Assembly: GCA_009885935.1 (NCBI GenBank)
Contig: VFJT01000063.1
Span: 1 to 55,224 of the forward strand
Source of the DNA: Gammaproteobacteria bacterium
GTDB lineage: Bacteria; Pseudomonadota; Gammaproteobacteria; UBA1113
Length of the DNA: 55,224 bases
Reading direction: 5' to 3'
In this document: piece after piece, positions 17,826 through 27,119 of the stretch
How the letters are laid out: the number at the start of each line of letters is the position of its first letter
Numbering within the stretch: the stretch's first letter is position 1
Notes under the pieces: generated by a model
Seen by the model: the letters and a program-made list of their open reading frames with translations, nothing else
Databases searched by the model: none
Told to the model about the DNA's origin: nothing
Translations under genes and position numbers: made by a program

Positions 17826-19208
17826 ATGGTGCTGCGTTTAAGCCATCAAGTTAAAATCAGTTTTCTTCTAGCCATAAGCGCCTTCGGCTTATTAGCATTG
17901 ATGCCCCCTCTGCAAGCACATGCCTCTGTTCCCTTTAAAAGTAGTCAGAAAAAAAACAACGGCTCGCAAGAGATATGGAAACAAATTGCAAAAGATTTTA
18001 CCCTATCAGAATACGAAGATACTCCAGAGGTGCAAAAACAAATTCGCTGGTATCAACAGCATTCAAAATCATTGACTCAAATTACTGAACGAGCCGCGCC
18101 TTACCTCTATTACATACACCAGCAAGTAAGAGAAAAAGGTTTGCCCGGTGAATTGGTGTTATTACCCATTATCGAAAGCGCTTATAATCCTTTTGCTTAT
18201 TCTCAAGGGGCTTCTGGTTTATGGCAATTGATGCCAGGAACCGGCTCTGATTTGGGCTTAAAACAAAATTCAAGTTTTGATGGCAGACGCGACGTCGTCG
18301 GCTCTACACAAGCAGCACTCAGCTATTTAGGGTATTTGGATAATATGTTTGACGACAATTGGTTACTCGCCATAGCCGCTTATAATTCTGGCCCTGGAAC
18401 AGTTCTAAACGCCGATAAAGCCAATAGAGGCGATCACGGCGACACCGAATTTTGGTCGTTGCGTTTACCCGCAATCACTAAACAATATGTGCCACGCTTA
18501 TTGGCCGTTGCCGCCATCATTAGTAATCCTGAAAAGTATGGGATCCATTTACCCGATGTTCCCAATGAACCTTATTTTGCTAAAGTGGATGTAGACAGCC
18601 CCATTGCTTTGTCTAAGGTGGCTAAATTATCCGGACTGCCTGCAAATGATATTTATAATTTAAATGCGGGGTACAAGCAAAAACAAGTTGCTTCTAATAC
18701 GCCTCAGCATTTGTTAATCCCTGTAGAAAAAGTACAAACTTTTAAACAAAATATGGATGCGCAGGGAAAGACCGTGGCGGTGCAAATGCCTACGCCCGCT
18801 GCAGGGACAGATGCCAGCTCTACAGCCAATCATAATACGACTGTAAGTTATAAAGTAGAAACCGGTGATACCCTCAGTAAAATAGCGCTGCACAATCATG
18901 TTAAATTAGATGATTTGCTCAAGTGGAATAGGTTAAGCCTTAACAGCGTTGTACATACCGGTCAAATACTACAATTAAATGCATCTGAAAACAGCGCTGT
19001 AAAAGAAAACGCTTATGCGATTGCCGATAAAACTACAACTCAAGTGGAAGCCAGCATTAACGATACGTATCGAGTTAAATCAGGCGATACTTTAAGTGCT
19101 ATTGCCAAAAAAGAAGGTATCGCCGTGAGTACTTTACGATTAGAAAATCATTTGAAAAATGATCATCTGAAGATAGGTCAAGTGTTGGTGATTCCTAGCA
19201 CGGCGTAA
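17826..19208 (+). CDS. mltD: MltD-like lytic transglycosylase with LysM domains, paralogue 2
   Basis: Same motifs as paralogue 1. ATG 17826 aligns with the start of paralogue 1 and has GGGG 8 nt upstream; the ORF track uses GTG 17817. Signal peptide ...LALMPPLQAHA. Confidence 0.88.
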   Translation: MVLRLSHQVKISFLLAISAFGLLALMPPLQAHASVPFKSSQKKNNGSQEIWKQIAKDFTLSEYEDTPEVQKQIRWYQQHSKSLTQITERAAPYLYYIHQQVREKGLPGELVLLPIIESAYNPFAYSQGASGLWQLMPGTGSDLGLKQNSSFDGRRDVVGSTQAALSYLGYLDNMFDDNWLLAIAAYNSGPGTVLNADKANRGDHGDTEFWSLRLPAITKQYVPRLLAVAAIISNPEKYGIHLPDVPNEPYFAKVDVDSPIALSKVAKLSGLPANDIYNLNAGYKQKQVASNTPQHLLIPVEKVQTFKQNMDAQGKTVAVQMPTPAAGTDASSTANHNTTVSYKVETGDTLSKIALHNHVKLDDLLKWNRLSLNSVVHTGQILQLNASENSAVKENAYAIADKTTTQVEASINDTYRVKSGDTLSAIAKKEGIAVSTLRLENHLKNDHLKIGQVLVIPSTA

Positions 19209-19209
19209 C

Positions 19210-19824
19210 CTACCTTTTATCCATCACCGTATCCGGGCTACGCTCAGCTTTGGTGTCATCGCGCATAATCAATGACAGCGTAGCTTTATAGTCTCCTTGG
19301 CTACCCTTTAGCAACACAGTCACTTTGGCATTTTTGGTGCTGACCAATTTACCATCTTGATACCATTCATAACGGATTTTACCATCCTTATTCATCATCT
19401 TGATTTTAACAGTACTGATTAAATCATCTAGTTTCCAAGGCGGCGTATCTTTTTCAATTAAGGAAATGATGACTTCAGTAGCACCGCCTACAGGCAGCTT
19501 ACCTTGCCACAATTGAAAATTACTGATTTGAGTGACCGACTTTTGAGGCCAATAAACAGGTGATTGCGGAATAGTATAATAGCGATTCTTGCCATTAGAA
19601 TTGAATTCACTCATGCCTACATAGATCTCATTACCGCCTTTTTCGGCTTTCTTCTGCGGCGTAATACTGTCTAATTGTATAGCGGGGCGTAGTGGCTTAG
19701 TGGTTTTATCCACTTTGACGGCAGATGCTGTGCTTGTAGCGCTGGTTTTGTCCGCAACCGTGGTTTGTGCTGCCAAAATGCTATTACTAGCCAGTAGAGC
19801 TGTTAATATTAGCCACCTTTTCAT
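19210..19824 (-). CDS. Hypothetical secreted protein
   Basis: Start revised to ATG 19824 (GGGAGA SD). MKRWLILTALLASNSILAAQ is a signal peptide. No family recognised. Confidence 0.6.
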   Translation of the reverse strand: MKRWLILTALLASNSILAAQTTVADKTSATSTASAVKVDKTTKPLRPAIQLDSITPQKKAEKGGNEIYVGMSEFNSNGKNRYYTIPQSPVYWPQKSVTQISNFQLWQGKLPVGGATEVIISLIEKDTPPWKLDDLISTVKIKMMNKDGKIRYEWYQDGKLVSTKNAKVTVLLKGSQGDYKATLSLIMRDDTKAERSPDTVMDKR

Positions 19825-19868
19825 TACTTTCTCCCTACTCATACCATTTACTCAAATTGCCCATGTTA

Positions 19869-19894
19869 GGGCAGGCACAGGGGCCTGCCCCTAC
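19869..19894 (-). repeat. REP element (GTAG-headed GC-rich hairpin), singleton
   Basis: The minus strand reads GTAGGGGCAGGCCCCTGTGCCTGCCC. It lies 10 nt after the clpB stop. Confidence 0.85.
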
Positions 19895-19903
19895 GCCAGG
19901 TAA

Positions 19904-22510
19904 TTACTTTTCTCTTTTACAATCAAACTGTAAAACATCGCCCTTAACCGAAACCTTTATCCTATCGCCGGGCAAGTAATCGCCTTTTAACAAATGTTGC
20001 GCCAAAGGATCTTCCAGATAGTGCTGCACAATACGCTTCAATGGGCGTGCACCATACAAGGCATCATACCCCCGTTCTGCCAAATAATCCAGCACTTTTT
20101 TATCGCATTCTAGAATAATATCCTTGTTTTTCAAACGCTGTGCTAGGCGCTCGACTTGCAGGCCTGCGATATGCTCAATTTGCACCTCACTTAAGGGGTG
20201 AAATACCACCATTTCATCTAAGCGGTTGATAAATTCTGGACGGAAATGCTCTGAAACTACTTCCATCACTTTGGCTTTCATGGTGGCATAATCGGTTTCC
20301 CCTTTTTGCACGCATTCTTGAATTAACATGGAGCCTAAATTAGACGTCATCACGATAACCGTGTTTTTAAAATCAACGGTACGACCTTGGCCATCGGTTA
20401 AACGGCCATCGTCTAAGACTTGCAATAAAATATTAAACACATCGGGGTGTGCTTTTTCGATTTCATCCAATAGAATGAGTGAATAGGGTTTACGGCGCAC
20501 TGCTTCGGTTAAATATCCGCCTTCTTCATATCCCACATACCCAGGAGGCGCACCTATTAAACGCGCGACGGAATGTTTCTCCATAAATTCTGACATGTCG
20601 ATGCGGATCATGGCATCTTCAGTATCAAATAAAAATTGCGCCAATGCCTTACACAATTCCGTTTTGCCCACGCCCGTAGGGCCTAAAAATAAGAAAGATC
20701 CTATGGGACGATTCGGATCGGACAAGCCAGCGCGTGAACGACGAATGGCATTAGACACTACAGAAACCGCTTCATCTTGACCCACCAAACGTGTATGCAA
20801 AGCGTCTTCCATAGCCAATAGTTTTTCTTTTTCACCGGATAGCATGCGGCTGACAGGAATGCGTGTCCACTTAGAAACAATTTCAGCGATTTCTTCTTCG
20901 GTGACTGAAGTGCGCACCAAGCGTGTAGGTTGTGATTCCAACTGGCTTGCCGCTTGCAATTGTTTTTCCAATTCCGGAATGCGTCCATATTGCAACTCGG
21001 ACATCTTGGTCAGATCATTGGTGCGGCGTGCACTTTCCATTTCCATACGCGCGCTTTCTAATTTTTCTTTGATCCCTTGTGTGCCTTGAATGGCGGCTTT
21101 TTCGGCTTTCCACACCTCAGAAAAATCCGCGAATTCTTTTTCTAGCTTTTTGATTTCAACTTCCAAATCTTGCATGCGTTTCTTAGAGGCTTCATCTTTT
21201 TCTTTTTTCAAGGCCTCGCGTTCGATCTTTAATTGAATTAAGCGCCGTTCAATTTTATCCATTTCTTCGGGCATGGAGTCTATTTCCATGCGTATATGGC
21301 TCATCGCCTCGTCGATTAGATCAATGGCTTTGTCCGGTAATTTACGCCCTGAAATATAACGGTGCGACAGCGTTGCGGCGGCAACGATGGCTCTATCCGT
21401 TAATTCTACGCCATGATGAATTTCATACCGTTCTTTCAAGCCCCGTAAAATGGCAATAGTGTCTTCAACATTCGGCTCATCTACCAATACCATTTGAAAA
21501 CGACGTTCTAAGGCCGCATCCTTTTCTACGTATTTACGATATTCGTCTAAAGTGGTGGCGCCTATGCAGTGCAATTCGCCACGCGCCAAAGCAGGCTTTA
21601 GCATATTGCCTGCATCCATAGCCCCTTCGGCCTTGCCCGCACCGACGATCAAATGCAGTTCATCTACAAATAAGATCACCTGTCCTTCTTGTTTATTCAA
21701 TTCGGTTAATACCGCTTTTAAGCGTTCTTCAAATTCGCCACGGTATTTAGCACCCGCTACCAAAGACCCCATATCTAACGCCAAAACTTTTTTGTTGCGT
21801 AAGCCCTCAGGCACTTCGTTGTTAATAATGCGCTGCGCCAAGCCTTCCACAATGGCCGTTTTACCTACACCCGGCTCACCTACCAATACGGGATTGTTTT
21901 TAGTGCGGCGTTGCAACACTTGAATGGTGCGACGAATCTCCGCATCACGCCCTATTACCGGATCTAATTTGCCTTCCAAGGCTCGCGCCGTTAAATCAAC
22001 GGTATATTTTTTTAATGCAAAACGCGCATCTTCAGCCCCTTCACTCATCACTTTTTCTCCTTGTCGTAATTTGTCTATCGCCTGGGTTAGTTTGTCTTTA
22101 AGACTCCCCCCCGTGTTAGCCCCTTTATACATTTCTTGCAGTATGTCTTTTAAAGCACACTCCACTTCCAGCACCGCTAGAATAAACCATTCGCTAGAGA
22201 TGAATTGATCTAGCTGTGCACGCGATAATTTCTCACAAGCCAATAATACGCGTTGCAAATCGCGCGATACATGCACATCCGTTACGTTCGCAACCTGCGG
22301 CATGCTTTTTAACAATTCATCCAAACGCTGACGTAGTGCGGGTAAGGCAATGCCGCATTGGTTCAACAACTGCCCCACCGTACCACCCGCTTCCAATAAG
22401 GCCAACAGCACGTGCTGTGGCTCGATGAATTGGTGTTCCCGCTCCACGGCAATAGATTGTGCGCGTTCTATGGCCTTTAAAAAGGATTGGGTAAATTGAT
22501 CCATATCCAT
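19904..22510 (-). CDS. clpB: Chaperone disaggregase ClpB
   Basis: 868 aa. Two AAA+ modules ([16 protein letters not shown]) and a middle coiled-coil domain. Confidence 0.97.
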   Translation of the reverse strand: MDMDQFTQSFLKAIERAQSIAVEREHQFIEPQHVLLALLEAGGTVGQLLNQCGIALPALRQRLDELLKSMPQVANVTDVHVSRDLQRVLLACEKLSRAQLDQFISSEWFILAVLEVECALKDILQEMYKGANTGGSLKDKLTQAIDKLRQGEKVMSEGAEDARFALKKYTVDLTARALEGKLDPVIGRDAEIRRTIQVLQRRTKNNPVLVGEPGVGKTAIVEGLAQRIINNEVPEGLRNKKVLALDMGSLVAGAKYRGEFEERLKAVLTELNKQEGQVILFVDELHLIVGAGKAEGAMDAGNMLKPALARGELHCIGATTLDEYRKYVEKDAALERRFQMVLVDEPNVEDTIAILRGLKERYEIHHGVELTDRAIVAAATLSHRYISGRKLPDKAIDLIDEAMSHIRMEIDSMPEEMDKIERRLIQLKIEREALKKEKDEASKKRMQDLEVEIKKLEKEFADFSEVWKAEKAAIQGTQGIKEKLESARMEMESARRTNDLTKMSELQYGRIPELEKQLQAASQLESQPTRLVRTSVTEEEIAEIVSKWTRIPVSRMLSGEKEKLLAMEDALHTRLVGQDEAVSVVSNAIRRSRAGLSDPNRPIGSFLFLGPTGVGKTELCKALAQFLFDTEDAMIRIDMSEFMEKHSVARLIGAPPGYVGYEEGGYLTEAVRRKPYSLILLDEIEKAHPDVFNILLQVLDDGRLTDGQGRTVDFKNTVIVMTSNLGSMLIQECVQKGETDYATMKAKVMEVVSEHFRPEFINRLDEMVVFHPLSEVQIEHIAGLQVERLAQRLKNKDIILECDKKVLDYLAERGYDALYGARPLKRIVQHYLEDPLAQHLLKGDYLPGDRIKVSVKGDVLQFDCKREK

Positions 22511-22691
22511 AACGATTTTCCTAAAGATAACTCTCTATTAGTATATAAGATTTGAAGGAAACTGTCGGTACTATTTACCGCATTTTTTATGCCTTTATAT
22601 TGTTTAGTGGCTATTCATAAAAATGCGATTTTCAATTATTCATTAAAAATCATATGGTTACAAAAAACCGCTCAAAATAAATAATCGATCA

Positions 22692-22746
22692 GTTAATAAT
22701 TCCTTAATACTTATTTAATATTTCTTTAATGTTTCTACTGTATAAT
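22692..22746 (+). promoter_or_regulatory. Four TTAAT repeats at exact 11-bp phasing followed by TATAAT: PmrA-type response-regulator box plus -10
   Basis: TTAAT at 22693, 22704, 22715 and 22726. Sequence gTTAATAATtcCTTAATACTtaTTTAATATTtcTTTAATGTT. TATAAT at 22741-22746. ATG at 22786. Confidence 0.6.
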
Positions 22747-22785
22747 GGCATTATAAAAATTTAAATAGTAAAGCGGGGTAAGATT

Positions 22786-25305
22786 ATGGCTGCGAATAAA
22801 TTGATATTCGATGAAAAAATACAGGTTAGAATTAAGGCCTATATAAAAGGAAATATTGAAAATGGAAGTGCCAAAAATTTAGGTGACCAAGGTTCGCGCT
22901 TGTTTGAGAGCGTTAACGGTAGCACAAGAACAACAGCTACAGACGTGTTTCCAGAGGATCTTAAAGTGACTTTAGCGACAAGAGCAGAAATCGCTTTTCA
23001 ACATATTCAAAGTGCTAGCTCCCCTTTGTTTTTTGAAAAATTTAACTGTAAATCTAATAGTGAAGATATTCGAGTAGCGATTGAAGCCCTATTTATAAAT
23101 AAGGATGGTCAACTAAAGCCTGAATATGCGCTCATGCTAAATGAGCTGGATCCCAACGCGGATATATTTAAGGGGCAAGAAATCGATGGTAACTCATTTA
23201 CACGAGAAGAATGGTTTGCTCGTTGTTTAGCCAATTCTTACCTGAGCTGTTGTCAGCATTATTTAGGCCACCTGGTGACGGGTAAGATGATAGAGTCTAA
23301 GGCCATAGATCGCATGCATTATCTCAGCGCATGGCAACATCCAAATCAAATTAACGATATGATAGGCGCTAATTTATTTCCCGCAGCCACCTCTACCTTT
23401 GAAAGCACTCTTGCTGTAGGAAGCAGTACATCATCAACTGCAACACCTTCAGGATTACATCGTAGATCCTTAAATTTATCACAACAAGGATCTTCATCTG
23501 CAAGCGCCTCTATTCTAGAAAACGAATGGCCTAAAATCTGTCAACGAATGCCAGCAGGAAAAAGTAAAGATATCGTACTTAACCCTGGGGTTATGTATGT
23601 TAAATACTTTGCAACGGGCGGATTACTGTGTTCTTATGTTAATGCAGATAGCCAGCAAATCAACATGAGAGTCTCAAAAGAAAATGTTGATCACCTTTCA
23701 AAAGAAGGACGTGCGCAATTAGCACAAATTGAAAATAGCGAAATCGGTGAGTCTTTTCCTGCAAATACGCTTCTCGCTGAATTATCTGCAATAAATCCCG
23801 CTAAAATAGCTAGCAAAAAAATTCAGCATGCGCAAACACTAAGAATAATGCCGTTCGATCGCAATGACACTGCACCGAGAAAAATTAAACTTACAGAAGA
23901 AAGAACATATTCTTCTAGAAAAACAAATCCGAGAGTACCATATGAACACAACTTGGCCAATGATATAAAGGACAAAACCGTAGAAACTTTTATCCCCTCT
24001 ATCCGGAAGAACCTTAAGAAAGCTTATTCAACCTTAGGAAAAGCAGTAACACCTGAATTGGCAAGGACATTAACACCTGAAATGCTAACATGGATAGAAA
24101 ATGAGCGGGAAAGATTAAGCAATGGTCTCCTAAATAAAGAAGAAATACTTGAACTGCGACAGAAAATAAAATCATTGGAAATGCGACGACAGAAAAAACT
24201 AACACCACAAGAAACATCTGCATTAGAGGCAGATCTAAGAATGGATCTAAAAACAGATCTGGATATTGACATAAGCAAGGAACCGATAAAGGTAGTACAA
24301 CGTGAACTTCAAAAATCAATAAATTCTGATCTAAATATCATACGTAATATTTTATATAAAATAATTGACGGCGCTACAGTGCTTAACCCAACACTTATGG
24401 CTTTTCAAAACGCCATTGAAAAAAACGATTTATCTTCATTAACATCGCAAGAGTTACTTGAAATTAAGACTAGATTATCCCTCTTGCGCGACATGTACAT
24501 TGCGTTTAACGATAAACCACGTCCTGAATTAAATGATCAAGCTTTGAAACATGCTTCATTTCAATCTGACATTGAGAATCTAGCTGAATTGCTGCGTATA
24601 GTTGACATGGCTATGAATTTGCAATCATCAAAAACGTCTCAAAGATCATTTCTCTCATCGCTCACAAGCATTTTTTCTTCAGATAATGAGGTAGATGCAA
24701 AATGGCAACTCAAAACAAATGCTGAGTGGAAAAGGGACTATAAAACATTAGATGACAAAACAATAGAGCGCTGGGAAAAAGAAAACGCAGTCTTATATTC
24801 GCAATGTACAAGAATAGGAAAAGGAAAAGACATAGCAGAAGAAAACGATGCTAAAGATACTCCTCAACCTAAAGAACTAGTATTGGTGACTCTAGTCGAT
24901 GAAGAACAACCCAAAATTTTGCCTAGTCCAGAAGAAAAAAGAGAACTGAACACAATAGAAAAAAAGGAGCCTGCAAATACTTATCAACATCAAGAATGGA
25001 CAGAAGAAGATAAAAGAAAAAGACAGGCTGCAAGAGAAAAAATAGCTGCAAAAGAGGCTGGACGAGTTTTAAATAATGCTGAAGCTTCACAATCAGAATT
25101 GGACGCTAAAATGGACTCAAATATAGGCCCCATGCCATTGTTAAGTCAAAGAAACCCCCTCCCCGTTGACCACGGTGCGAGTGCATTATCTGGATCATCT
25201 ACTACCAACTGGGGAACATCATCGCATTTTTATCCTGCTGCAACCTCTAAAATAGACTCATCATTAACCCCACAGCCTAAACCATTACAAGGCAAAAATA
25301 GCTAA
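22786..25305 (+). CDS. Orphan 839-aa protein, candidate type IVB secretion substrate (Ser/Thr-rich linkers, long coiled-coil region)
   Basis: Long ORF of roughly 30-33% GC in sampled lines. No enzymatic motif recognised. PmrA-type box upstream. Polar Ser/Thr-rich C-terminus. Confidence 0.6.
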   Translation: MAANKLIFDEKIQVRIKAYIKGNIENGSAKNLGDQGSRLFESVNGSTRTTATDVFPEDLKVTLATRAEIAFQHIQSASSPLFFEKFNCKSNSEDIRVAIEALFINKDGQLKPEYALMLNELDPNADIFKGQEIDGNSFTREEWFARCLANSYLSCCQHYLGHLVTGKMIESKAIDRMHYLSAWQHPNQINDMIGANLFPAATSTFESTLAVGSSTSSTATPSGLHRRSLNLSQQGSSSASASILENEWPKICQRMPAGKSKDIVLNPGVMYVKYFATGGLLCSYVNADSQQINMRVSKENVDHLSKEGRAQLAQIENSEIGESFPANTLLAELSAINPAKIASKKIQHAQTLRIMPFDRNDTAPRKIKLTEERTYSSRKTNPRVPYEHNLANDIKDKTVETFIPSIRKNLKKAYSTLGKAVTPELARTLTPEMLTWIENERERLSNGLLNKEEILELRQKIKSLEMRRQKKLTPQETSALEADLRMDLKTDLDIDISKEPIKVVQRELQKSINSDLNIIRNILYKIIDGATVLNPTLMAFQNAIEKNDLSSLTSQELLEIKTRLSLLRDMYIAFNDKPRPELNDQALKHASFQSDIENLAELLRIVDMAMNLQSSKTSQRSFLSSLTSIFSSDNEVDAKWQLKTNAEWKRDYKTLDDKTIERWEKENAVLYSQCTRIGKGKDIAEENDAKDTPQPKELVLVTLVDEEQPKILPSPEEKRELNTIEKKEPANTYQHQEWTEEDKRKRQAAREKIAAKEAGRVLNNAEASQSELDAKMDSNIGPMPLLSQRNPLPVDHGASALSGSSTTNWGTSSHFYPAATSKIDSSLTPQPKPLQGKNS

Positions 25306-25316
25306 TAATATAGCCA

Positions 25317-25351
25317 CCCTGTCTGAAAATAAACCCTATTTTCAGACAGGG
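25317..25351 (+). terminator. Perfect 14-bp stem hairpin after the 839-aa gene
   Basis: CCCTGTCTGAAAAT (25317-25330), loop AAACCCT, ATTTTCAGACAGGG (25338-25351). It begins 12 nt after the stop. The trailing T-tract is weak. Confidence 0.6.
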
Positions 25352-25360
25352 TATCTTCGC

Positions 25361-25389
25361 TTGAAAATTCTTTGTACATGAGGTATTAT
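25361..25389 (+). promoter_or_regulatory. sigma70-type promoter (TTGAAA-17-TATTAT)
   Basis: TTGAAA at 25361-25366, 17-nt spacer, TATTAT at 25384-25389. ATG at 25423 with an AGGGG SD. Confidence 0.45.
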
Positions 25390-25422
25390 TACTCTACAGC
25401 TATTTTTTAGGGGTAAAGTAAT

Positions 25423-26208
25423 ATGCCAATTAGAGAAACTACCCGTTCGGGGAAACTTGAAGGGCTGCCATCTCAGAGCTGTAGCTTTTTTTGTTTTCCC
25501 CGCCCTTCTACCGTAGATAAACGTTGTCTAGAATTGCAAGAGGACATTGAAAAACAGGAAAAGTATATTGCTGAACTCGAAGATTACAATTTGCATGCGA
25601 AGAAGCCTATTGAGCGCGATATTAAAGCATATGAAATTTATAAGAAAAAAGTAAAATTTGAGCTGAAAAAAATTGGAGCCGAGATAGTTGGATTAGAAGC
25701 AAAAATAAATTACGAGCTCTGCCCAATGACCACCCTTCCTTCTGAAACATCCGAATTAAAAAATAATAAAATTTACCTCAATAGCACAACCCGAGAGTGC
25801 ACAGTTGTAAAATCAAGTCAAAAAAATGCAGATTCTTTCTATTTAAGGAAAGAAGATTTAGATCTCAGTCATTTAAATACTCCAGGCTTAAAAAGTGAAG
25901 TTTTGAGCCTGATCTTACAAAAAGGTATCATTAAATCCCCTAGCCTGCAAAAAAAGATACTAGAGATTAAAAACCAATGTAGAGAATATAAAGCATATGA
26001 GGCCAGACTCCACAAAACAGAAGATAGCATTATTGAGCTTAATCAAGAGTTAAATTGTATTTGTAAACAAATAGATGACCATAAGAAATCACTCTCGCAG
26101 AAAAGAGTGCTTCTCTGCCAGTTAGAAGCAGAACTGATCAAAACTATAACTGAACCTATAATACAGGAAATTGAGCATCGCTTTAGACCACTGCCACCAG
26201 GAGCATAG
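25423..26208 (+). CDS. Orphan 261-aa coiled-coil protein
   Basis: Heptad-rich, Lys/Glu-rich sequence (QEDIEKQEKYIAELEDYN..., KKSLSQKRVLLCQLEAELIK). No family recognised. Confidence 0.55.
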   Translation: MPIRETTRSGKLEGLPSQSCSFFCFPRPSTVDKRCLELQEDIEKQEKYIAELEDYNLHAKKPIERDIKAYEIYKKKVKFELKKIGAEIVGLEAKINYELCPMTTLPSETSELKNNKIYLNSTTRECTVVKSSQKNADSFYLRKEDLDLSHLNTPGLKSEVLSLILQKGIIKSPSLQKKILEIKNQCREYKAYEARLHKTEDSIIELNQELNCICKQIDDHKKSLSQKRVLLCQLEAELIKTITEPIIQEIEHRFRPLPPGA

Positions 26209-26221
26209 GCATAACGACCTA

Positions 26222-26250
26222 TTGACAGGCACACCCAAGTTGTCTAAAAT
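26222..26250 (+). promoter_or_regulatory. sigma70-type promoter (TTGACA-17-TAAAAT)
   Basis: TTGACA at 26222-26227, 17-nt spacer, TAAAAT at 26245-26250. Confidence 0.5.
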
Positions 26251-26301
26251 AACCTCAACCCTGAAATGGGAATCCATAGTCAAATTATTGAGGTAAAAAC
26301 C

Positions 26302-26886
26302 ATGTTTAGCAAAAAAATCATTCTTATCAGCTCCGTACTAGCTTTAACCCCTTTATTGGGTGGCTGCGGCCCTAGCCTATCGCCAAACACTTATAGTGGC
26401 AGTGATGTAGGCGTAGCCAGTAGGGTCCTTAAAGGGACTATTATTTCGATACGTCAGGTTAAAATACAGCAAAATAGTGGTGTAGGTGCCGTAGGCGGTG
26501 CTGTTGCTGGCGGTGCGGCGGGCAGTTTGATTGGCGGCAGTACAGCGGTTAATATCGTTGGCGCCACTGGGGGCGCTCTAGTAGGTGGCCTCATAGGAAA
26601 TGAAGCCGAGAAACAGTTCCGTAAAGATGTAGGCTATGAATACATCATTCAGCTGAACAATAATTCAACTATTTCTGTCACCCAGCAGCAAGACCTGCAG
26701 CTAGCCCTGAATCAGCACGTATTGGTCATTTATGGACCAACTACGCGTATAGTACCGGATAATACGGTTAGTGTGCCTAGCACAACAGCAACCCCTGCTC
26801 CCAAAAAGACCACGGCTGCCAAGCCCGCGGCTACAAAGAGTAGTACAGCTACTCCTACTGCTCCTGCAACAACAACCAAGCAATAG
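26302..26886 (+). CDS. Glycine-zipper outer-membrane lipoprotein (SlyB/Pcp/17-kDa-antigen-like) with Thr/Ala/Pro-rich tail
   Basis: Start revised to ATG 26302 (GAGG SD). Lipobox LLGGC. Glycine zipper GVGAVGGAVAGGAAGSLIGG. Confidence 0.8.
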   Translation: MFSKKIILISSVLALTPLLGGCGPSLSPNTYSGSDVGVASRVLKGTIISIRQVKIQQNSGVGAVGGAVAGGAAGSLIGGSTAVNIVGATGGALVGGLIGNEAEKQFRKDVGYEYIIQLNNNSTISVTQQQDLQLALNQHVLVIYGPTTRIVPDNTVSVPSTTATPAPKKTTAAKPAATKSSTATPTAPATTTKQ

Positions 26887-26902
26887 TGGCGATCGATCTA
26901 TC

Positions 26903-26928
26903 GTAGGGGCAGGCTTCCGTGCTTGCCC
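26903..26928 (+). repeat. REP element, degenerate singleton
   Basis: GTAGGGGCAGGCTTCCGTGCTTGCCC, 17 nt after the lipoprotein stop. Confidence 0.75.
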
Positions 26929-27034
26929 TTATAACTGCGCTGCTTTACTTCTTTAAGCTTAAGAATCAATCAGTTAGAAAATTTTTGAAATAACCTCAAC
27001 TTATCTTATTTTTTAAACCTCATAAAAAAATAAA

Positions 27035-27067
27035 ATTAATATTTCCTTAATATTAATCTGGTATAAT
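27035..27067 (+). promoter_or_regulatory. Exact PmrA consensus box (aTTAATATT-TC-CTTAATATT) followed by TATAAT
   Basis: TTAAT at 27036 and 27047 (11-bp phasing). TATAAT at 27062-27067. ATG at 27120. Confidence 0.65.
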
Positions 27068-27119
27068 TTTAACACAAAAGTGATTTAACACTTAAATATT
27101 ATAAAGCGCAGGTAATAAA

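Noticed and set aside
22511-22580. sigma32 heat-shock promoter upstream of clpB
   Set aside because: The minus strand has CTTCAAA (one mismatch to CTTGAAA), but no CCCCAT-like -10 at 13-17 nt. That is not enough to call.
24200-24290. Short periodic AGATCT/GGATCT repeats inside the 839-aa gene
   Set aside because: They reflect a D-L-rich coiled-coil peptide (ADLRMDLKTDLDIDI). They are too short and irregular to be a DNA-level repeat element.
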